Positions 24,857 through 37,100 of a stretch of 64,000 bases of DNA are shown here, piece by piece (the stretch's first letter is position 1; each line of letters begins with the position of its first letter). The position numbers and the translations under genes are program-made. Source of the DNA: Lama guanicoe (lineage: Eukaryota); contig MU053934.1 in assembly GCA_013239625.1 (NCBI GenBank), positions 7,086,399 through 7,150,398 of the forward strand, written 5' to 3'. The notes below the pieces were generated by a model. The model searched no databases. It worked only from the letters and a program-made list of their open reading frames with translations, and was not told where the DNA came from.

Positions 24857-26101
24857 TCAAGGCTACGTAATATTCTTTCATACAGTAAATTGTTTAACCA
24901 AATATTTTATTACGGGGGAATTGGATTGTCAATGTATTTTCATTGTGGCGTACAACACTATAATAACCAAAAAAAAAAAAACAAACCAAAACCAACGCCC
25001 AAACCAAAATGCATTCCAAGCACAGTCTTAGGCACGGGGAGAACCAGTGAACCCAGTGGACTGACAGTCTCTGTCCTCAGGGCACTTCTGTCCTAATGGT
25101 GCTGGGAAGACAATTAGCAATAAACAGGATGAGGGAGAGGATTGAGGGAAAAGGCAGAAGGAGAGGACTGGAGATCACAAGTGCCTGGTGAGGGCTGTAA
25201 TCTTTAAAAGGGAGATCAGGGTCACTGAGGGGTGGGACCCGCAGGTGGGAGTGAGCCACACTTGCCAGCAACCAGGCAGCTGGCATGGCCCCAGCGAGTT
25301 AGCCCAGAGGGTGAAGGGCATGTCAGGGAGGCAGGGGAGCTGGGCCAGGTGTGCGAGGGCCCCTGCAGAGTGGAGGTCTGGATGGAGGCCCTGACGGATG
25401 GAGGGGCCAGCGAGGAGACCCCGGGCTCTGGTGCCGCAGGATTTGGGGGAGGGCCGCATCCAGAGACAAGCAGGACTCGGTGGGCAAAGCAGGTGTCCTT
25501 GTGGAGGTAAAAGTGCCTGTGGGCAAATGGGAGTGGGGAGTCTTGGCTGAGGTCCTGGGATCCTGTCAGAGGCCTTCAGGTCACTCTGCTCGGCCGCCCA
25601 GCGTCACCCAGGCCACCAGGCTCCCCCCCTCCTGGGAGCCCTGTGATTTCACTGTTGGGTTCAAGCTTCCGGGAAAGCCCCCTCCAGGCAGCACCTACCT
25701 CTCTATTCACACCCGTTTCTCTACATTCCAAACAGCTCTTCAGGGTGATGAAAAAATGCTGCATTTTCAAAGAGAATTTGTTCTGGTAAAACATCCCCTT
25801 TGCTTTTATAACTGCAGAAATATCTGGGCCTTACTGGCTTTGCTCTCAAGAACAAAAGTGCAATAAATACCTTTTTCAAAGCACTAGTGCTTAACCCTTT
25901 AGCCTAGTCTTGGCCAGTTTCCACAGGTCCTTGGATTGTCATATCACCATTTTCTTTTTAATCAATAGATCCTGAATATGTTTTGTTAGAACAATTATTA
26001 ACATCTTTACTATTTGAAGAACTCATGCAAATTGATTACAAAATAAAACACCTAAGGCCCAAGGATAAATGGGCCAAGAGTACAAACTAGTCTCTTTCTT
26101 T

Positions 26102-26329
26102 CTCTCTCACACACATACACATGGACACACACACAGACACACACACACAGACACATGCAGACACACATGTAGACACACACATGCACACACATACACGCAC
26201 ACACAGCACATATGCACACAGATACACGTGCACACACATGCAGACACGCGCACACACATGCAGACACACAGGCACACACGTGCACACACACGCAGACACA
26301 CAGACACATGCAGACACACAGGCACACGT
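26102..26329. repeat. Degenerate (CA)n-rich low-complexity repeat
   Basis: cacacatgcagacacac units. Confidence 0.95.
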
Positions 26330-26544
26330 GCTGGGACCGGGGGAGGGGGAGGGGCAGCGGCAGGATGAGCCCAACAGATGGGCTGCTCCTGCCGCCTGCC
26401 CTGCTGTCAGGGAGGACCTTCTGTGGAGTCTCACTCACTCTGTCTGTAAAATGGGAACATAATCTGCTCGGAAGGTCTCCTGGCGGTGGACTGAGCCCAG
26501 GCCCCAGCCTGAATAGGGCTAAGCCAGTGTGGGAGTTTCTCATG

Positions 26545-26850
26545 GACACTTGAGGACTGAATTGTGTCTCCCTGAAGTTCCACACAGTTGCATTTGGAGG
26601 TGGGCCTTTAAGGAGGTAATCAAGGTTAAATCCGGTCATAAGGGTGGGGTCCGAATCCCACAGGACTCATGCCTCGGGCTGTTTCCGAGGAAAGGCCAGG
26701 TGAGGACACGGAAGAGAAGGCAGGGGTCTACCAGGTCGGGGAAGAGTCCTTCCCAGAAACCGCCCCCGATGCCGCCTTCATCATGCACTGCTCACCTCTG
26801 GAGCTGTGAGAAAGAACACTCTGCTGGTTAAGCTGCCCGGGCGGTGGCGC
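26545..26850 (+). mobile_element. MLT1A/B-like LTR
   Basis: ctgaattgtgtctccc...gggcctttaaggaggtaatcaaggttaaa. Confidence 0.7.
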
Positions 26851-27075
26851 CTTGTTTGGGCCGCGTCTTGGGCTTGAAAGACGCCACCCTGCACACCCTT
26901 TTTTCCAACACGGGCTCCCGCCCTGCCCCTGGACAGCTGCCTGTCAGGCTCCACACACTCAAAACACCTGTGATTGTATCCTAAGCAAATGGACACCCAT
27001 GTTATACCACAAGCCCGGATTTACCACTCATTATGAAAGCTTTCGTAAAAAAGCAGGCACAATCTGCTGTAACTG

Positions 27076-27081
27076 TTTATT
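27076..27081 (-). terminator. Distal poly(A) signal AATAAA of ARFGAP3
   Basis: tttatt on + strand, where AT-rich UTR-like sequence gives way to GC-rich flank. Confidence 0.75.
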
Positions 27082-27232
27082 ATATTTAGAAGTCTACAAA
27101 TCTGAGCTTTTAAGAAAAATTCACAAAATATTCAGTTGAAACCACATTTCTGGTTCATCAAATTTCAAATATATTTTACTGTGCTGAACAATATATTCTA
27201 ATGCTGTCTAAAACACAGCCAAATTATTTTTC

Positions 27233-27238
27233 TTTATT
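27233..27238 (-). terminator. Proximal candidate poly(A) signal AATAAA of ARFGAP3
   Basis: tttatt on + strand; TGTA a few nt upstream on the minus strand. Confidence 0.5.
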
Positions 27239-28131
27239 CATTTGTACACATTCCGTAATTTTTTGAAAACCAAGATTAAGATAAGAAATATTAAGAAAAC
27301 TACCCAATTACAATGACTATTTTCTCATAAACTGAAATCCTTTCTGTGGGTGCATCTTCTCACCTTACTCATTTTGACTTCTGTGCACTATATCGATTTA
27401 CAAACGCACTTAGGGAGTTCTCACCTTACATTTCTCATCAGTTCAAACAGCAAACATCTTGTCAAAAGATTAATTTGCTTGGCAATACAGAAGCTTAGGC
27501 TGTTAAAAGCACTCACTGAAAATTATTTTTAGATTTATAGATCATACAAAATAAACAATTTCAAAGGGACAGACGTCTTTAAACATTATTTTGAAATCAC
27601 CTTAATATGTGGAAGTATATGAAGCAATCTGTCAAATTAGACACCAGTCATTTTTGGTCTTTTGTTTTTATTTTTCGCTCCCTTTTTAATGAAACGTATG
27701 TGGTGAATTTTGTTGCGCCAGGCCCTTCTTGCATCAGCTGATTCCGGTAGCCCTTAGCCCACGAGTCTCACAGCACCGAGATCCTCCCACGAAGGCCCGG
27801 TCCTTGGAGAGGTGGGAGGAGCCCATGTCTCGAGAGTCCCAGCTGTTGGAACCAAAGATTCCAAGAAAATAAAGCAGGGATGTGCACAGATGTGCCAGGG
27901 GGAGGGTATGTGCAGGAAGTAACACGGAACAGAAATACAATAAAGCTTCTACTACATCAAACGTAAGAATTTCTCAAAAGAAATGTTAAAAACCAGTAAT
28001 GTGTATATACCATGTGAAAAAGTTGCAAAACAATCTGTAAAACTGGCTGGTCTTCACTGCGGTCTGTGATGTGGTCACTGGTTCACTTAAAGAAGAATCT
28101 TTTCCAGGAAGCACGTACAGCGAGGTCAGTA

Positions 28132-28149
28132 TTAAGAACCGTAGCGATC
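28132..28149 (-). CDS. ARFGAP3: ARFGAP3 terminal exon, coding part: DRYGS*
   Basis: ctctttag acceptor, then GAT CGC TAC GGT TCT TAA. Confidence 0.95.
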   Translation of the reverse strand, partial: DRYGS

Positions 28150-31100
28150 CTAAAGAGAGAACCAACACTCAGCATCACTTCCTCATTCTCAGCATCACCA
28201 AAACTGTCCGCAATGACACGGAGCACCAATTGCCAGGCCGCGGGGCCAACCGGGGCCGAGGGTGCCAGGAACCGGAAGCATCCAGCCCCCGCGGCCCCGC
28301 GCTGTGGGCCGGGCTGAGGGGCACAAGGCCACGCGGTGAGCCCTCCGGGAGGCAGGTGAGGGGAGAGAGGAACACATTTGGAGTCTGAACCCTGAAAATG
28401 GTTCAGCCGAGAGATCCTGCAGCAGCAACCTGACCTCTCTGTGCCTGTTTCTTCATCTGTACAAGGGGGAAGTAAAAGGGGGAAAACTATAAAACGGGGA
28501 CAATCACCTCTAAGATAGGGATGTCACCTCCTTGGAAGGACAGATGTGGCCTCAGCTGAACGAAGGGACATGCAAAGAGCTCGGTGAATTCTAACCAGAG
28601 GTTGTGTTACCAACAGTAGGAGCCGCAGGGCTGAGGAATCCTCCACGGTGGGGGCACCCTACACCTCGCCAGCCTGGGAGACCCCCTTAGAGGCACCCAA
28701 GTCCATGCTGATTGGGTCCTACCCCTATGGTCGTGTCTTACGTTAATAATCGCACCCTAAAATCACTGGACGTGAGCAAGAAGGTTCACGAAACAAGCCT
28801 TCATAGAATCAGAGCCAGCCTTAAAGTGTCATTCACAAGCATGTTCCATCCTCGCCTCATTTAGAAGTCGGAAATACAACCTAAACACCCAACTCAGGCA
28901 ATGGTTAAATACATTACACGTATTTTCACTCAACAGAATGTGGTTTCTGGGAGGGGAGGGTATAGCTCAAGTGGTATAGAGCATGCTTAGCATGCATGAG
29001 GTCCTGGGTTCAATCCCCAGTACCCCCTGTAAAAGAAAGAAAATAAATAAATAAATAATAAATAAATAAAATGACCTTCCCTCCAAAAAATTAAAATGAA
29101 AAAAAAAAGAATGTGGCTTCTGAAGAATTTTTAATTACATAGAAGTGCTTGTAACAAAACATCATGAAGAAAGAGAATATAAAACCGAATATACAATGTA
29201 ATCCTTTAAAAATTTTAAACAGATATGCACAGAAATCTAGAATTAAAATAAACCAAAATACTAACAGAAGTTTTCCCCTGTGAAATGGGATTGTGGGTAA
29301 TTATTTTCTTCTTAATATCTGTTTCAATATAGGACAAAAATAGATAATGATCATGACATTCCTGTAACAGTTCCTCTACAGTCATAAATTAGAAAATTTA
29401 AACAAATATGAAATTATCATTTCTGATTTTCTTGATGTCCTGGGTTACACTGTAGCAAACATATAAATCAATAATATAAAATCTAATTTTCCAGCAACTG
29501 AAGAGTGGTCCAAATCTCATTTTCAGAACTATGAACCCACCATCATGCTCTGTTAACGCCATCCCAGCTTCACTGACCTGAATTGAAGTCATGACTCCAT
29601 TAGCAAAGACGGAGAGCTTCCCAGCAACAGATCTCACTCCCTGCTTGAACTGGGCCATGTCGGGAGCCGTGGGCAGCACGCTCGTGAGGTTGTAGTTTCC
29701 TGCACACACAGCACACGCTGGCTCATCACTCTAGCTCAGCAACGGCACAGCCGGCGCCCCCTCCCCTCCTGCTTCCCACAAGCAGCCGCTGCGTTTAAGG
29801 GAAAAGGACCCTGCACTGGGTTTCAGCACCAGCCTGGCCACGAACCAGCTGCAAGACCTCATGTGAGAAGATGCAGTACTAGGTCTTCGGACTGTCACAG
29901 GTTCAAATGCTGGCACTGCCACTTCCAAGCTGTGTGCCTTTGGAGAGGTTTATTACCCTCTCTGGGCCCCTGTTTCCTCCAGGTGCTTAACACAAGACCT
30001 GACAGGTAAGTACTCAGTAAGTGGCAGATGGGCAGACACCTGTGGGTTTTGTGGGCTCAGCGTCCCTTCCCCTCTTTATGTAAAAGCCCTCCTCCTTTCC
30101 TCTGGGGAAAATCCCTTCCCTCGACCCCCCAGCCGCGTGTGGACACATGACCCGGAGCTGGCCAATCGGAGCCTTCCTGGGACTGCAGTATACTCAAGAG
30201 GGAGGAGCTGTTTGCTTGCTCCCTGGTTAACAGCGGAGATGAGTTATTGGTAGGGATGAGGCACCGCTGTAACTGGCTATGATCAGGGCTGTCCCCCTCC
30301 CACTGACTCTCAAGGAGGGAAGGAGGAAGCCTGTCGCGGCAGGAGAGAATGAGGCTCAGCCAGGGAGGTGAGCCAGCGTCAGGTGAGGCTGTTTGGAGGC
30401 TGTTTGCTGACTCTGAGCTCACTGCCAGTGCTCCAGGCCCAGGGGCTGACCCCTCGCCTTTACCGAGGCTGGCGTCAGCTGGGTTTCTGTTGCTTAAGTT
30501 TTGGTTGTCACAACACAGACATTAGCATGCTGAACCAACACAGGTGGAGTGTGTCACGTATCACACATAAGGGGTCCCCAGAGCTGACAACCGGTCTGGC
30601 GTGGTGCACTTTTGTCACATAGTTATAATAAAGCTCGGAGACTTTGTGAGTGAATCCAAACCCTGCAGGTCCTCCAGGGAGCCAGCCCAGCTACCCCTTG
30701 GCTCCACACATGACCTGTTTACACCTGCCTGTCCCTTACGCAGTAGTAGTTCCTTCCGAGAACAAAATAGAAGGGACACCACCCAGAAAAGACAGTGATT
30801 GCCCACAGTGCTGTTCCCATGCCAGCCATGCAGGAGGGGCCACAGGTGTGGGTTCTTGCCTCTTTGCCTCCCCCCTGATTTTTTCAAGTTCTGTAGCCCT
30901 TTGCCAATGACAGAGTGGCAGCCCAGCCCAGTGACAGGACTTGGGTCCAAGTCTCAGCATAGCGGTGTTACCAGCCTGCAAAATGGGTCTTGGAGGAAAC
31001 AAGGAGCTAGTGTGAGATCCTGAGTGCAGAGGGCCAGCATCACAGCTGCTCTAGTACGTGGAGGGGTCCAGAGTGGCCAGGGAGATGTGGACCAGAGGTC

Positions 31101-34100
31101 AGCAGGGTGACCTCAGCAGAAGCACCTCATTTATGAGTTTCTAGCTTGAGAAATGTTTAAAGAGAGCACAGCTGAGGCAGGACGGTTATGGGACCATGAT
31201 CCCTCACCAACTACATTCAGTCCCCAGGTGCTCCAAGTGCCCACATCATTCCTCTCCTCCTCGTCTCTCTACAGGATCCCCAAATTCTAAACCTTACAAC
31301 AAGATGTGTCCCAGTGACAGAGTTCTGGTCAATGGGATGTAAGCAGAAACGCCTTGCAGAGCTGGGGCATGCCCTTTTCCTTCCTTCTTCCCCCTTCCTG
31401 CTAGCAGGGATACAGATGTGATGGCTAGAGCCAGAGCAACCACACTGGGCATGAGGTGAGATAGAGAATGGAGGTCATGAGCAACAAGATGAAAGGGGCC
31501 TGGCACCTTGGCCCCAGGGAACACAGCTCCCCAGAATCTGTGACCGAGAAACAAATTTGGACCTGATTTAGCCTCTGTGATCATGCAGCTTCATTCCTTC
31601 CTTAATCCTCGCTAACAATCTAAGCTCCTGGAGGTGTGATGCGTGGCAACTCCTAGAGGAAGTGACAGGTCCCCAGCAAGGCGGTGCCCTCCCACCCGCC
31701 CCTGCAGCTCTGCTGCCCCGGGCTTGATGGCTCCAAACTTGAGAAAACTGACTGAAGATCTCCTGATCTCTGCAAAGCCTCCTCCTCTGGTATCCGGGCG
31801 CTGTGTCTCCTCTGAGGCTGCCCAGGGCAGCGGACAGGAAAGGACAGGTGGCAGTAGTTAAAGGCTGTCCAAGTGTGCCCAGGCTACACAATGGGCTCCA
31901 GGAAATGACAGCTCAAGCCACTTTTTCAGAAGAGGCTCCTTGAGCCATGAACTAGTCAGGTACCCCGTGACAGTCACAGGGGGTCTGGTGCAGAGAACAA
32001 CACAAACCTGCTTTTCCAGAGCTCATCGCCCACTGGGGAAGTCACACCCACAACTGGCAGCACTGCCTGAGCAAGAGGCAGTGGGATCAGGAGCCGACGG
32101 GCCTGAGCGTCCTGCAGAGGCTTACACACCCACTGGCAGCGGGAGGCTGGGAAGGAGAGGAATTAAGGACGACTCCCAGGTTTCCGGCTCGAGCTACCAG
32201 GAAGATGGAGAGTCCCTTCTCCAGACAGGCCCTGGGGAGAGGGAGGGCAGGCCCAGGGCAGGGGAAGCGGAGCCATGCGGTGCTCAGGGTTAATGTGGAG
32301 GCCCTGTGTCTGTCTAGAAGGCCAGGTGACACTCTGCCCCATGTGGGTAGGCAGGCCGTCTGCTCGTCACAGGCACTGGGGATTCAGGCCCATAGGGCCA
32401 CCTCCCACTTGGAGCTTCCACGGCCACCACATAGGGAAGGAAACAAGAACTTGCACACTGGCTTTTAAAGCTCGAGCTGGAAGAGGAACACAGGGCCTGT
32501 GCACCTGTCACTGGCCACGTGGCATCAGAGTTGGTGGAAAGTACATCCTCATCTGTGCTGGAAGAGGAGCTGGCGTGGTGGGGACCATGGTTCCAGCACT
32601 CAGCCTGATGGAGGGGCCCACTGACCAGTGCCCCAGCTCCGGGAGCCCAGCGGGTGCCCCAGTTCATTCATTACCCATCCATTCACTCCCTCAGCTCCCC
32701 CAAGGGCTTCCTCTGCATCAGGCACTGCTGGGCACACAGGGTCCAGAGGCGAGAAGGGACAGGTCCCACCCTTGAAGGGCTCAGGTCCAGTCTGAGGAGA
32801 CGGTCATCAGACGGCATCACGCCCACTGGGTGGAGCAGAAGGGCGGTGGGAGTGCGCAAAGGGAACCTAACCTGGTAAACAGTAAGAAATGAGCCTGGAA
32901 AGGCCAACAGGGGCCACAGTCCAGCAAAGTGGGAGCCGGCGGAAGAGCTGCACTCCAGCCTGGGGGGCAGGATTTGAAACCCAGGACGACTGGGCTGGGC
33001 TTTGAAAGATCACCTGGGGAGGTGGGCTCGGTGGGAGCCCAGCCCAGAGGCAGGAGGAGGGCCCGGCCTGAGGGAGGGCCAGAGCGCAGTGAGGACGCTG
33101 GCAGAGCCTGGGACAACCCCCAGGTGTTCAGACACTGAGTTTAACAGAACATCATGTACCAACGTCCCTGAAATGGAACAAACCAAAAGAAGGAGGGTTT
33201 CCAAGATTACACGAATGACAAGCGTAACACGGAACCAAAGTGCTGCCGTGGCTGCCCTTCTCGGGCTCAGACTGGTGAGACGGCGTTTGTGTGACTGAGC
33301 CTGGTTGGAGATGCCACCACACAGCTGTGACGTGTGACAAACACACGCAGCAAATAACCAAACAACACTGCCTGACGGCACACTGAGGTCAGTGCTTTGG
33401 GGGCCTCATTCCTGGACTCTGGGCCAGAGCAGTGAGGAAAGGAGAGCGTGGCCAGGTGCCTTGAGGGGCCCTTGAGATCCAGGGATAACAGCAAATGGGC
33501 CATGGAGCCCCCACGATGCTGGGGCAGTGAGGGCGGAGCCCGAACAGGGGCATCTACAGCACCCTGGCTTTCCTGGGTGAGCATGGTCTGATCCTAATGA
33601 CCAGAGTGGTTTTCCGGAAAGAAATACACCGAGAGGGGCAGCTGGGGTTTAAGCTTCTCTGTTCCAACGTTGCTCTCACAAAGCTGCCTCTGCTCTGTCA
33701 CCTGGCGCCCTCTGAGGCAGTACCCAGTACTCACTGTTTCTCAGTCCCTCCCCGCAAGACCCTGAAAGTGTACGGCCCTTGAGAAAGGCACGGTTGAACT
33801 CGCCCCCAGGAAGGATTTCACTTCATCAGGGGGCATTTCTGATTTGGAACCATCCTGCCCCCAACCCCAAAGAAATTATAAAGGTACCCCATGATCTGCC
33901 CAGTGGCACTGACACGGCACAGATGGGGAGACATTCTCAGATAAGGGATGCAGGATACTCTCCTACAACCGGCTTTTGCTCTTTGCTGAAAAGGACTCTA
34001 AATAAAATGTAAATATTTAATGAGAGTTGGTCAATGCTCTTACATTTAGAGCAGTTACTAAAGGCATCTGATGAGAAATGCAGATGGAGGGTAATCGTGG

Positions 34101-37100
34101 CCTGAACCATCCAGGCTTGGAATGGAGGTGCTGGGAGCAGCAGAACACAGGCCAGCTGGGGAGGGGCTAAGGGCCCTGGGTGGCCTCACACACCAGAGTG
34201 TCCTTATCCAGGACAGGAGCTTGTCTGGGACCCATATAGGGAAAAAAAATTAACGGATCTTTGTTCTCTGAAAGAGGGCAGGAAGGTAAACACAGGCAGC
34301 TGCAACCTCCTTTAACTATTGGAAAAGCCACTTGCTTAACCTCTAAAAGGTTTTTTTTTAAACAAACAATAATGTGCCAGAGCGAAACTTCTAACAACTT
34401 GAATTACAAACACACACGTGGCAGGGGGTGAACCTGTTACGTTCTCTGGACTGACCTTCCCCCTGTGCCAGGGGACCCTGCGTGCAAGCGGGGTTGAGGT
34501 GGGGCTTCAGGGAGCCCTCTGCAGGGGCTGAGCACCCCCTACTGGGCAGGTCACACAAGGAAGTCATCCTGACAGGAGGTCAGGACACTGAGTTTCAGAT
34601 GAGAACACAAGTCCATGAGCCACATCTGCCCCCGCCCAGCCCAGCGCAGGAAACACCCAGTCAGAAAGCGGCCCCTCCTGCTCGAGGCCTGAGGGCACAG
34701 CACGGGATGCTCCTGGCCCAGAGGGCAGCACCCGGCACTGGCCCTGGGCCCCGCCTGTGGCTAGAAAGCTCCCTCTCACTGTGGCACCCAAGGGCCACGT
34801 GTGTCTTGCAATGTCCCCCAAACTCCAACACAGACGGCCCCAACCCCTTGGGCTGATCCTGTGACCTGCTCTGTTGACGCTGCTTCTGTCTGGGCTCAGA
34901 AAGCAGTTGTTCTTTGTGGCTGCAAGGCCAAGTGGCTGCGCATGTGGGTCACTCTAAGCCCAGGCCCAGCTCCTCCAGGGCTGGAAACAAGGAGAGGGAA
35001 GGTGGTCCTGGGCCTTGAAGGCCTTGGAGATCTAACCCCTTGGGCTCTCCTGCTGACAAGTGGGCTCCTGAAATGGCTGCAGAGGACCCTGCTCCTTTAG
35101 TGCCAGCTGTGACACAAGAGGGACCTCCTGTCAGGACAGCTTCCTCGTGTGACCCCCTCCCCTCTGGCAGGGGATGCTCAGCCCCTGTGGAGGTCTGCCT
35201 GCCCCTTTCCCCCTGTCCTGACTGAGGCTCGAGTGGGGCTGGAACATGGCTGCCCTACGGCTCAGGGACAGAGGCCCAAGCAGAGAGGGGCACGGTTCCA
35301 GGCATCCCTGACGGGCCTGTGCGCTGAGGCTCACTCCTGGGGGCCCCCAGGCATCTCCTCATCGGGGTCTGGACCCTGCCCTCCACCTGCCCATTTCCTA
35401 AGCCCCACTGTGTCTCCCCAAGAAGGTGGAGGCTGGGGGAGTCACCTGTTCTATCTGCTCTGCCTACCACTGCCATGTGCCAGACCCCTAGGTGGCACTT
35501 CACATAAAGCACCGCATTTATGCTCCAGTACAAGCTGGTGAGGTAGGTATCGTTCACCCACTATACAGAGGAAGAGACTGAGGCTAAAAGAGACCTGAAA
35601 TACTCCAGGCGTCACAGTTAGGGTTGGGCAGTGTCACAGGAGCCCAGAGCTGTCACCTCCAGGGCTGTGACAGCACACCAGTCAGACCAGGTTCACGCCA
35701 CGCTCGGAAATGCCCAGCTATGACCATGTTTCAGGAGGATGACCTGCCAGGTAACTCCGGGGAGGCTGCTCACATTTCACGACTTAAGTCTCTTCATGAA
35801 CGAAGACTGAAATAATAACTTCCACTCTGCCTGACTTACAGAGGTGATGAGCCATCAAATAATGGCTGCTAGTAATCTTGGGAAAGTAAGAAGTCCTATC
35901 CAGAGACAACGTATCCATGCCACAGGCGCGCCAGAGACCGACACTGTGAGCCCCCGCCGCTGCCCCCATTACCTGCGGTCTGCTTCCTCTGCTCGTCGAA
36001 CAGATCCGCTGAACTGATGGACGAACTTGCCGAAAGCCTCTCCAGCCGAGCCCTTGTTTCATACTAGCGGGGACCAGGGAAAGGAAACATTAGGCTCCCA
36101 AAACCATGAGCAATTTTGCAAAGAATCACTGAGGAGCCACGATGGCCAGGCTGGGGGCTGGCATGACACTTGGGTTGTGAGCAGACAGATCAACAGGAAT
36201 GCCAGGGCCAAGGACGGCCAGGGGAGGGGGACCCCAGGGCGCAGGCGAGAGTGACATCTCTGTCACCGTGCTCCTCTCACCCAGATGCCAGGAGGCCACT
36301 CCATGAAGCAAGCTCTCAACAGACATTATGCTATTTTGTAACTGAACTTGAATTTTGTCAACTTTAAAACAAGGCACATTTTAGGGGGTGGAGAATAGGC
36401 AAGTGGCAACTCTGAAGACCCTCAAAGTGCTGGTGGAGGTTCTACAGCCACAAAACAAAATCAGTTCACCTCAGATTCTCTATACTGTGCCAGAAGCCTG
36501 GTGATGACACGTATCTCTAGGAGTTCTGCATGAGCACGCTAGTGCTTCTGCATTAGGAAGAAAACTTAAAGCTCTCCATCTCCATTTGAGTCTTACTGCT
36601 TAGCCGGACTCCACTAAGATACGCTCATTAACATTTCTGAGAAAAGAGGCAACAACTGAAAAGAAATAGATACACCTTCAAGAAACATATCTATATACTT
36701 CATTTAACTACGGTTACAAAACTACTAGGAAAATTTCAGCTGTATCAAAAATTGCCTGAAATTTATTCAAAAGATACTGAATGGATTCAAAACACTGAGA
36801 AAGGAATAAGAGAACATGAGACATAGTCCCCACCTTCCAATCACTCCTCTAGCTGGAGCAGCAAAGTGGGGTGAATAGTCAGTAGGACATGGGTGTGAGG
36901 CTTGGCTCCATACTTGGGGCCAGGGGTCCCCTGCAGCCTGAGTCCGTCTCACTCAGCGTCCGGCACCTCCTCCCTACCTCCCTCGGCCCTGCTTGCTTCC
37001 TGCCCCTTGGGGCCCCCACAGAAACTCTCTGGACACTTACATCAGCTTGGGCTTGTCTTCCAAAGTACATATCTGAGGAAATGGCTTTGACATTGCCAAA

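Larger units (their letters stand above)
27060..28131 (-). other. ARFGAP3: ARFGAP3 3'UTR (about 1.07 kb; end approximate)
   Basis: Non-repetitive AT-rich sequence from the stop codon to the distal AATAAA. Confidence 0.75.

Noticed and set aside
26052..26639. Several Cys/Val- or His/Thr-rich ORFs
   Set aside because: Translation of a CA/TG low-complexity repeat
35485..35498. CTCF-like motif CCCCTAGGTGGCAC
   Set aside because: Single near-match inside an old repeat relic; expected by chance in 64 kb
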